NCBI RefSeq assembly: GCF_009914755.1
Contig: NC_060942.1
Source of the DNA: the human T2T-CHM13v2.0 reference genome, Homo sapiens
Length of the DNA: 64,000 nt
Reading direction: 5' to 3' (one strand)
Positions 53,701 through 64,000 of the stretch are shown here, in pieces. Under the pieces are notes generated by a model. It was not told the origin of the DNA. It searched no databases and saw only the letters and a program-made list of their open reading frames with translations. The position numbers were made by a program, and so were the translations under genes. How positions within the stretch are numbered: position 1 is the first letter of the stretch; every line of letters starts with the position of its first letter.

Positions 53701-54716
53701 CTCATTGTTTTATTTAATTTTTGTAGGTGTCTCCCTAGATCTTACTTTTGGTTCACTATTTCCCCTTTTTGTTGTCCTTTGGTTAGAACAGAAGAGGCAG
53801 GAATCTCAGCCATCAGCTGATTGCACCTTGCCGTGTATGTGGGCTAGCTGACTGTAGTGGGAACATGGACTCACTGAATTATGGGAGTTCCCTGCAGTAG
53901 GCAGCCCTCCATTGCAACCAGAGCTATACCTGAGTATTGGGAACCACACAGACAGGGCTAGTCATTTTATTCCCTACCACTTAACTGTTACCTCATTTAT
54001 TCCCAGCAAGTCCCTAATGAACAGTCTTAAAGATGGTTTATCACGCCATGGCTCCTTAATGGCACATCTTAGTCACAACCCCATGGACCAGCCTGACTCC
54101 ACAGGACAGGGATGAAGAAGTTCCCTTTTGCATTGCAAAGGAGTGATCTGGAATCTTGAAACTTCTTTCTCATCAGAGCAATAGTGGAGGAAATCAGCGG
54201 CTGGTTTAACTGGGTGTGCTGACCATCAGAATACTTCTTGGCTGTCAGCAAGTCCAAAGTTGTGCTGGGGAATGATAATGTCTGATGCCCAGATAAAAGG
54301 TTCCAATCAATGAGAGGAAACTTGTCTATGCAATGGAGAACCTTTCACTGTGTCTGACAGAAGCAGGAGTGCAAAGTCATAAAAAAAAAAGAACAAAAAT
54401 TTGCTTGCCAATTCCCTGAAAGGCCCCTTTTAAGTATCAAGATTCCTAGAGCTGGGGGGGTGGAGATCTCAGATGTCATCCAATAGGTTATTAATGTTTC
54501 AAGGATTGCAGAATCATAAAAGTTAAATATGGAGAGTAGCTATTAAGCCTTCTAATCTCTCCACTGCCAATACCCACCTTTTCCTCCTTCCTCTCCAGGT
54601 AGGCTGTCAGATCTGGTTTAAAACAATGCCCATGACAGGGCTTCCTCTTTTGCTGCAGTTGTCTCTGGTGAGATTTGACAGGAAGTTGGCCAGAATGATT
54701 TCCTACATCAAGGACA

Positions 54717-54750
54717 TGAGAGGCAGAAGTGAGAGGCAGAAGTGAGAGGC
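54717..54750. repeat. 13-bp tandem repeat (tgagaggcagaag) x2.6
   Basis: Directly visible. Confidence 0.9.
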
Positions 54751-55600
54751 TTTCTTGTGTGAAGCTCTGTAGCAAGGCAGCGCCTCCTGGGGAAGGAGAA
54801 GCTGGAATCCATAGCCTCAAAGACATTAGAGGCAGGCAGTTAAGTGAAGTGTCTGAGTGTGGAGTTGGTCCTACCCTTGCTTGGTCATACGGGGTAGGTG
54901 CCTACCTTCATGGTTTGATTTGAGATATGCCTAGGGGCTCTCTTCCTCCTCTCAGCTTGTGCATGACTATCAAAACCCACCAGTAGCAATTCTTTCCTTT
55001 GGGTTAAGACATGATTTCTTATTAAACTGAAAATACTCCTGGGAAAAAGAATACGTTAAATCCGATAATCACTCACCTCAAGATATATTTAAGCATCAGA
55101 TCCTTTTCAAACAGCAGTTTCTGAAGACAAATTTTGATGAGACTGGGGTGGGAGCAGGGTGGAAATGTGGAGAGGAAAATTGACGTTACAGTAGAAGCAC
55201 ATTCTCTGGCAAGCTTGCGTCTCCGGGCGGCAGAAGGTACTTGTTGGAAAGGAAGCTCAAACCACATAAAGGGCAAGTCCACACTCACCTTTGGCATCAT
55301 ATTGACTCTAACCAGTTCCTTGGTCAGTTATCCATCCCCACACATCATGCCCACTACTGCCAGCTAGTCCAGCATGCACCCTGAGGTGAATGAGCACTAA
55401 GGCTGCCTCTCTATGCATCCTTCTTTCCTAACCCAGCTGCCCTCTGCCTGGCCAGAACAGTGCACAGACATCAAAACAACTCTGCACCTCCATTTCACTT
55501 GGAGGTCTGAGTGAATTTCCAACCTGCTTCATGCCGCTGATAGTATAGCAGGAATCTGGGTCTGCAGACAGAAGTTGCAGCTAACCTCTTTATCCAAATA

Positions 55601-56240
55601 TGTGGCAGGCAGAATAATTATCTCCCCCACTCCCAAGACATTCTGGTTCTCATCCCCAAAACTGGGGAGTAGTTACTTTACATGGCAAAAGGGACTTTGC
55701 AGATGTCATTAAGTTAAGGACTTTGAGATGGGGAAAGTGACCTAGATTTTTTAGGTGGACCCAATGTAATCACAAGGATTCTTAAAGACAGAAAAATTGG
55801 CCCAGCTGTGGCCAGAAAGAGACATGGATGGAGGCTGTGGTAGGAGGAATGCTTGAGCCCAGGAGTTCGAGTCTAGCCTGGGCAAGATAGTGAGACCCTG
55901 TCTCTACAACAAACAAACAAACCAACAGTTCAAATAAATAAGTACATTTAATTAAATAAAAAAGAAAGAGACATGATGATGGAAAAAGGATCAGGGGAAA
56001 TCAATGCTGCTGGCTTTGGAGTTGGAAGAAGGGGACCATAAGCTGGGGAATGCAGAAAAAAGAAGGAGAAGGATTCTCCCCAAAGCTTCCAGAATCACAG
56101 CCCTGCTGACACCTGGATTTTAGGCCAATAAGACCTGTATTGGATTTCTGACCTACAGAACTGCAAGATAATAAATCTGTGTTGTTTTAAGCCACTAAGT
56201 TTGTGGTAGTTTGTTCCAGCAGCAAAAGAAAACAAAATGC
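55601..56240 (+). mobile_element. MLT1D-like MaLR solo LTR with nested FLAM
   Basis: 'tgtggcaggcagaataat...catggcaaaagggactttgcagatg...ttttaagccactaagtttgtggta'. Confidence 0.85.
55828..55962 (+). mobile_element. 5'-truncated FLAM-like Alu monomer
   Basis: TSD agaaagagacatg at 55814-55826 and 55963-55975. Confidence 0.85.
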
Positions 56241-56439
56241 CATTAGGAAGATTGAGATGAGTTCATCCCTCTGTCTCCCTCATCCCCATCCACCTGGGTC
56301 AGTTCCAAAATAAAGGCTGCCCTGCCATGTCCCCTCCTATACATTCATGCCCATTTAGCTTTCCTCTTCTCACCCAACTTATCCACCAAAACTTTCTGCT
56401 CTGCCCTTTGAGACCCCCTTCAATGGTGATAGATACTGA

Positions 56440-56620
56440 GTACTGAGCATTTATTTTTATATACTATCTTATGTACTCTTCATGCATTATAAAACACTTC
56501 AGTTCGACGTGTATGGAAACGAAGGCTTAGAAAGGCAAAGAACCTTGCCCAAGGCCACTCAGCAGGGAGTGCCAGAGGTGAGGTTCAAATCCAGATCCGC
56601 CTCTGTGTTCTTGGCCTCTA
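56440..56620 (-). mobile_element. MIR SINE
   Basis: 'ggaaacgaaggcttagaaagg...ttgcccaaggccactcagcag...ttcaaatccagatc'. Confidence 0.6.
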
Positions 56621-56747
56621 TTCCAATGCTTCCCATGGGCCATGCCATGGGTTAATAGCTCCATGGGGTACGGATGTGCGTTAGGAGGAAAAAGGACTCT
56701 GTGGCCTGGGGTCCAGGCCTAACTTTCTATTTTCTCATTGCTGCTGC

Positions 56748-56975
56748 TGAGAACACTGCTTACAAGGAGCCTGGACCTTTGGGGGATCCCCTCAGTCTCT
56801 CTAGCCCTGTCTTCTACTGCTCCCTTGCTCTCTTATCCTGGCATGGCTGTACCTGCAAATGCTTCACATCTGGGTAAATCCAACAATCTGCCTTTGCCAT
56901 TGTTTTAGAAATTTTTGGGTTGGAGGTAACAGAAACCTCCTTCAGGCAACCTAAGAGAATTTTAGAAAAAAAATC
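56748..56975 (+). repeat. Local dispersed direct repeat C, copy 1 (probably derived)
   Basis: 6 substitutions and 2 small indels versus 57417-57649. Confidence 0.97.
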
Positions 56976-57294
56976 TCAGGCTCCTATTTGTGGTCTCTTC
57001 TCCACTCGGCCACCTGCCATCCTCTTGGGGCTTTTGAGTTTGTGCCGTGGATCCATCTGGGCTTCTAGCTTCATAATTCTCTCCATTGGCACCTTTGTTA
57101 TCCACCCACATGGAGAACAATTCACCTAAGACAGATCCGTTCTGAAACATCAAGCTCCAGCATCCAGCCCTCTTCCCAGCTTCCTTTCTCCTTCCAGCTT
57201 CCTCCTTCCTGTATTCCCTCAACATCTGTTCTTCCCTAAAACCTTCAAGCCCTTGGTCCTCCCTTCCTCTCATGTCTATTAGGCCCATCTTGGC

Positions 57295-57430
57295 TTTTCT
57301 AGATGCACATTAGAATCATCTCTCTCACCCCAAACTGCTAAACACAGATGTTCGGAGGCTGGGGAGCAGGCAGCAGTATTGAAACCTCCCCAGTGATCTT
57401 GATGCACAGTCACGATTGAGAACACTGCTT
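57295..57430. mobile_element. MER5-like MITE remnant
   Basis: 'gatgcacattagaatca...ccccagtgatcttgatgcac...ttgagaacactg'. Confidence 0.55.
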
Positions 57431-57649
57431 ACAAGGAGCCTGGACCTTTGGGGGATCCCCTCAGTCTCTCTAGCCCTCTCTTCTACTTCTCCCTTGCTCT
57501 CTTCTCCTGGCATGGCTGTACCTGCAAATGCTTCACATCTGGGTAAATCCAACAATCTGCCTTTGCCATTGTTTTAATTAGAAATTTTTGGGTTGTAAGT
57601 AACAGAAACCTCCTTCAGTCAACCTAAGAGAATTTTAGAAAAAAAAATC
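57417..57649 (+). repeat. Local dispersed direct repeat C, copy 2 (probably ancestral)
   Basis: Continuous with the MER5-like end upstream and an MLT1-like sequence downstream. Confidence 0.97.
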
Positions 57650-58100
57650 ATAAGAAAGCTGCAGGGATGCAGCTAGGGTTCTGAGTGGCCTAGAAATAGG
57701 GGCTGGAGTACTACAGGAAGTCTAGGAAATTATCTGTATCATCATTTCCATTTCTCTTTGTGCTTCTGCCCCTGTCTCTTTTCTTGCTGCATTCTTTTTT
57801 CTTTTTATCCTCGTGGTAAGAATGGCTTCCACCAGTAATTTCTGAATTTACAGTTTCAGAGAAGGTAGACTGAGATGGAAGCTTTTAGATCCAGTTTTAA
57901 ATTCCTGAGGGAAGGGTTCTGATATACCAAGATGGGATCAGTTTCATGCTGCAGGATCAGTCAATTGTGGCACAGTCATGGCTGCTATACCTACATGAAC
58001 AGAAGGGATAGTGATCACTGCAATACTTGGAAAATTGGAGGATGGGAGGGAGAACTGTACAGCCAAAACAATAGCAGGGGTACTGAATATCATAGAGGAA
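57588..58100 (-). mobile_element. Old MLT1-type LTR remnant
   Basis: 'ggttgtaagtaacagaaacc' terminus; 'ggatcagtcaattgtggc'. Confidence 0.45.
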
Positions 58101-58599
58101 ATTCACCCAAATACAAGGGGTGGTGCCATTGCAAAGTTTCTTTTACAGTGTCATCTGGGTCCTTGACAGACTTCAACAATCCTTTCATTCATTTATAGTC
58201 AGTAATTTCTCAGTCACCTAAGCTGATTCCAAACCTTCCCCAAATCTTCCCACTACCTTCTACTTTATAGAAAACTTGGAAACCACAGGGCACAAAGTCC
58301 AACTCTCAGTTACTTCTCTCTGAGAAACCAATCTATGCTCACACCTCCGGTCTCATAGCCTTTCTCCTGTGCCTTCCTGTTCTATCACTCTGTCCCTCTA
58401 TGATATGTCTTCACCTGCTTTTCCTACAGGTTCTTGCCCCTTCACCGGTAACTACAACCATGGTGCACCCTCTCCCACATATCTCCCTATGGCCCTAACT
58501 CGCTCTTCCTCCCTTCACAGGCTGACTTCTGCCTTCAGATGTGAATTTCCTAATTAATCCTTAGTACACTCCTTGTGGCTTCTGCCTGTTCTGCCCCTC

Positions 58600-59390
58600 C
58601 TAGCACAAATGACCTCCTAATTGCACAACACAATGGGTTATTTTCAGACTTTGTCTTAATGTGCGCTCTGCTGCATTTGGCATGATCTTCTAAACATGTC
58701 TCAAATACTTTCTTTTCTTTCTGTCCCTGTGGCCATGTCAGGCCCTCTTCAAATCTCCCCTGAACTGCTGCAACAGTATTCTTCATGACTTCCTACTTTA
58801 GTCTTACCCATCTCTAGTGGCCTTTAGTGGCCTTTCCACCTTTAGTCTTAGTCACTTATTGCTATTAAAGTTATTTTTCTTAAAAAAAGAAAGTCTGATC
58901 ACACCACTTTCCCACTTTCAATACTCTTATCATTCTCTGTAGCCCACCAGATGGGTTCAAAATCCTTAACGTGGAATACAAACCATTTATGACCTGAACC
59001 CCTCCTACCTGTCCAGTCTCATCTCCCCCCTCCCTTCTGTCTCCTGTGCCTACTCGAACTTAGCTGCTTGTAGCGCCCTCCACATGCCACACTCCTGCAC
59101 GTCCTATTCCTCCCACCACTCTGCCCTGCCGTTTTCCTATGTCTTTCCTTCTCAGCTGAACGCCCTGCCTTGTTGAAGCCTTTCCTGACTGCTCCAGGCA
59201 GAGTTCCTTGTTCTCCTGTTTTTGATCCCTATGCCCCTGTATGTTTCTCAATTGTAGGGCTTCTCACGCTGCATATTTATGATTTCTTTACACGTCAGCT
59301 TTTCCCACAAGATCATAGGCTCCTCTAGGGCAAAGAAGGGGGTTTAGCCACTCTTAGGCAATAAATATGTAATAAACAAATGAATAAATG
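58600..59390 (+). mobile_element. L2 LINE 3' region
   Basis: 'aatgacctcctaattgc', 'tctgatcacaccactttccc', 'ttcaaaatccttaacgtggaatacaaa', ends 'aataaatatgtaataaacaaatgaataaatg'. Confidence 0.7.
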
Positions 59391-60039
59391 GGGAAGGGGT
59401 ATCCATGGAGACTGGGTTGGAAAGTGAGGCAACACTCATTGACATAGGAGACTGAGCCAAAAACACGTGGACAGTCTCTACCTTCTGGATTCTATCCCCT
59501 GATTGACATTTAGCCTGTTTGCTTGCTTTTGTCGCATATACCTGAATACCTGATTCAGGTAAACAGCATGTCCTTCTATTCACATCTGCTTCCTTTGATA
59601 GCTTCTATCAAGGTATCGCTCAGCTTCTTCTGACTTCTACCTCTTTACTTTTCTCCTTAAAATCCAATTTTGAAAAGCAAGTTGAGGAGTTCAGCCACTG
59701 AAAGATCTTCATTGATTTATTTTTCCCTTCCTTATTTATTAATGGGACCACTTTCTCCTTGATATTTCTTTTTTCTCTCTGATGTATTTGTAAAAGCTCT
59801 GCTCCCGCCTCTTAACCTGATGCATTAGATTAGCCCAGCCTTTGGGTTTCCTTCTCTCATCTTTTCCTTTCCATCCATTCTGACTCTAGTTGAGACACTT
59901 TTATGTCTTCTTCCCTAAATCCCTATGTCCAGAAAAATTTTCAGCTCATCTGTAACTGTCATGTGGATCCTGGAAGTAATCAAACTGCTGACTTCCTCAT
60001 CCCTGCATTTTGCTCTTTCAAAAATGACCTCGAGTCTTG

Positions 60040-60295
60040 ATTAGCATGTGGTTAAGAGTACAGTCTTGGAGCCTGTCTGCTGGGGTTCAGATCTCACTTC
60101 TACCACTTACTGACTGTGTGGCCTTGCTGAAATTACTGAAGCTCAAATTGCTTGTGCCTTAGTTTCCTCTTCTGCAAAAATGGGCTTAATAATATCTACC
60201 TCCTGAGGTTGTGTTGAGGATTAAGTTTTTTGAAAGCTATAACATATTGAGAAGAGTGCCTGGCCCAGAGTAGCCCTCCGTGGGTATTAATTCTT
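60040..60295 (+). mobile_element. MIR SINE
   Basis: 'gtggttaagagtacagtcttggagcc...ccacttactgactgtgtggccttg...agtttcctct'. Confidence 0.85.
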
Positions 60296-60509
60296 TCTAC
60301 TGTTTCACCTTCACCTCCTCCCTCACCTTCCTTCTACTGTATAGAGTGTGCTCTCTGGTTGGTTGGCATGAAGCATTCAGGAATTGACTCCTTTGGTTAG
60401 AACACATGTTTCTTGATACTATCTGTATGTAATGACCAGAGGATGAACACAGACACAAACAAAAGCCAGGCCCTGTTTACAAACCCTGGGGATTATAACA
60501 AAAGCAAAA

Positions 60510-60760
60510 TGAAAATGACCTTTTATCAAGTGCTTACAGGGTTAGGCACTATGATAAGTGACTTACATAGTTTATTTTATATCATTTCTTTCTTACAGCA
60601 ACGCTTTAAGGTAGAAATCATATCTTCATATTTTATAGAGGTGGGAGTTGAACTGTTGTAAGGTTAAAGTTCTTGTCCGACGTCACACAGTAGGAAGTAG
60701 CAAAACTGGAATTGGAAGCCAGGTTGGCCTGGCTGTAAAGACCCCACCCTTCATCACATG
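60510..60760 (-). mobile_element. MIR SINE
   Basis: Antisense core 'aaggttaaagttcttgtccgacgtcacacagtaggaagtagc'. Confidence 0.65.
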
Positions 60761-60839
60761 GCTAGACTCTGTCCCAAATAAGAGTGTTGTGATTGTTATT
60801 CCATGATCTGGTATAAAGTAATTTCAAGAAGGAACTAGA

Positions 60840-61350
<511 letters not shown>

Positions 61351-61989
61351 TTACAGTTGCTCAGGGAATGTCAGTGGGGTGAACACAGGAATGCACTAAA
61401 AGTAGCTGGGGTGGGGCATTGGCAGCTCTTGGGGCTGGGCTCACCTTGGGAGGGGGGCGGGGTACTGTGGGTGCAGGAGGCCCCAGAGGGAGTCAGCGCT
61501 GTGCTTCAGGGCATGTGCAGGACACCACAGTGGTGGGGCTCATCAGGAGCAGAAGTGCTGGGTAAAGGAGAGAAGGTCCAGGGACCTGCAGAGGCCACCT
61601 GCTGTCGCCAGCTGCTTGGGGAGGGTTGGGTTTATGAGGAGGAGTCAAGCGAGGCCACACCCTCCACTTCCATCATTGGTGACAGTGATGGCAGGTGGGG
61701 GAGGGGCAGCTTTATGATTCTCACATTGGCTCCAGAAGCTTTGGGTGAATGCTGAGGGGCAGGTGGCTAACCTGGGCCAAACTACCTGCAAAAGCATGTC
61801 TGATTCTGCCTAGAATTTAGAATGACTAATTTGAGATGGCCAGGTCACCCAGTGGAGCCTTGTTGTTAAGAGGGTGACTCTGGGAGCTCTTCCCAAATCC
61901 AAATGCCTTGTGGTGACCACCGACACTGTGGGGCTCTGACCTCTACCCCACGCCTCTCCTGGCTGCACCTCCCTGAGGGCCTTTTTTCC

Positions 61990-62385
61990 GTCCCTCAGAT
62001 GAGTCTGTGCCCTTGCTATTCCATCTGCCTACAACTGTCATCTCTGCCTTCAGGACGGACAGACTCCTTTGTCTAATTCTAATCTCAACTCCAATATCGC
62101 CTCCCAGGTTGGCTTTTCTCAGCACCTCATTAACACAGAGCCCTACCCCCATCAGTCTTTCTCACACCAGCCTGTTTTATTTTATTTCTAGCATTTGTTG
62201 TCATCTCGGAGTATTTGGTTTGTTTGTTTACTTGCTTAATCTGCCTTCTCCATGAGTTTAAGCTCTATGGGAGCAGAAGCTTTGTCTGATTTGTTCATTG
62301 TTCCTACATTAAGTTGTTAGAGAAGCACCCAGCCCATAGTAGGTGCTCAATAATTATCTTTGCAACAAATGAACGAATGAATCTG
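61990..62385 (+). mobile_element. L2 LINE 3' end
   Basis: 'aagctctatgggagcaga...catagtaggtgctcaataattat...aatgaacgaatgaat'. Confidence 0.75.
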
Positions 62386-63721
62386 AGCATCACCCCTAAT
62401 GCACCAAACTCAGTTTAATGTGAACAAACTCAGTCTCTGTTGTGTTAAGGGATTTACCTGGATTCTGGTTCAGAATTCTAGAAGGCAGTTTTATAAATAT
62501 AAAACAATAGAATTTAGTTGAACGTGATGTCAGGAAGAGAGGTGAATTTTCATGAGATCACAGAAGGGAGAGAATAACCCACATGATTATAAAAGACTGC
62601 AAAATAATTTGGTGTAATTGAAAAAGGCATGCTACTGAGCAGAATTTTAATAAATATTATGTCTGCTTATTTCTCTACTTAACAAAGAGAAAAGCCACCT
62701 TGATGCTTGTTTGATGTTCAGCACTTAAAAAGTTCAACACTGAAAATCAGCGAGAGAAATGTATTCCTGCCTATTCATTTGGAAATGCTCCTGTGGAGAA
62801 TTTCCTGTTCATGGTTTTACTGCTTAGAACACATTTTAGTTCTTTCCTGAAGCAGCTTTACTTTCTCTTTTCTTATTTTAAGGAAACATAATCAACTGTG
62901 CTGCTTCTCAAATGCCTCAATTGAGTAGCCATGACCAGAAAGACCCATTCATCCTTACAGTTTCAGCTTTGCCCTGCTTCAGAGCAAGTTCCTTACTTAT
63001 TTCTGTTACTTGGACTCCTGGTCTTTTGGGGGGTTCCATTTATTCTCTTGCTTCCAGGATATCTAAGTCCTGTCTACCCTTGAAATTGAACGCACCCAAA
63101 TAGCTCGTTGTCTAACAGTCAGAATCAACACCCCTTCTCAAATTCCCAAATTAACTTCAGAAATTCCCCTTCTCACTTAGTCTCTGGGAAGTATGATCTG
63201 GGGTCCCTTCTCACTCCTTTTCCCTCAGGAGCGTGTTATGAACAGTGTCGAAGGCCTCCTGCTTTTTGTGGGGCTGGAAGGCTCCTAAGGCCCTCCTAAT
63301 TTTCCTTGGGCCTATTGCTATTCCTTTTATGTCACTCCATGCCCGCTAGCATCTGCCCTTCTCATTCACAGCCTGGGCCTGAGCCTCTGCACTTGGGCTG
63401 GTCGATGAGAATTATTGTTGTGCCTAAGCTGTTCTGTTTCTGTACCACTCTCCTTAGCCTGTCCACTCAAAGGAGCAGATCTACCATTAATGGGGATGCT
63501 GGCCCTAAGATTTCTTGGCAGGATCTGCCCTGCCTTGCATGCATGTGTCTGTGATACCTCGACCTGTGGTTTCAACCTCCCCAGTCCCTCATTTATGCAG
63601 GAACAGTCAAAGCCAGGTATACACTTCATGCTTATAACTTCTGAAATGCTTTACTTTTAAAACTATTAATACTTAAGAACAACAAGACTTGCAAAAATTC
63701 CTTTAAAATAGGCTACTTCTT

Positions 63722-64000
<279 letters not shown>

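Noticed and set aside
54776-54794. CTCF-like motif (similar weak ones near 40025, 42880, 59071 and 61592)
   Set aside because: Several mismatches to the core; expected by chance in 64 kb
59399-59412. RFX X-box-like palindrome gtatccatggagac
   Set aside because: Isolated degenerate motif with no other support

Overview
Primate (very likely human or great-ape) non-coding genomic DNA, probably intergenic or deep-intronic; the locus cannot be identified from sequence alone. No credible protein-coding gene, RNA gene, CpG island or CRISPR array is visible. The supplied ORFs are Alu-, L1- or microsatellite-derived or chance ORFs; the only recognisable peptide is a C-terminal L1 ORF2p fragment. The window is a mosaic of about 14 Alu/FLAM elements (many with clear target-site duplications), one young 5'-inverted L1PA2-like insertion, old L1M/L2/MIR fragments, MaLR/ERV1/ERVL solo LTRs, hAT MITEs and microsatellites. 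Subfamily names are recalled from consensus sequences, not searched. I found no new biological system with confidence. The most unusual unexplained structures are: (i) a ~240-bp branched imperfect palindrome at 26.5 kb that shares six short words, in shuffled order, with a block at 35.8 kb; (ii) a degenerate ~41-43-bp four-copy array of ATTA+TGCCA motifs at 39.6 kb; (iii) three local non-tandem direct duplications of different ages, the youngest with a transversion-rich difference spectrum; (iv) an inverted, doubly truncated MER39 fragment next to a full MER39.
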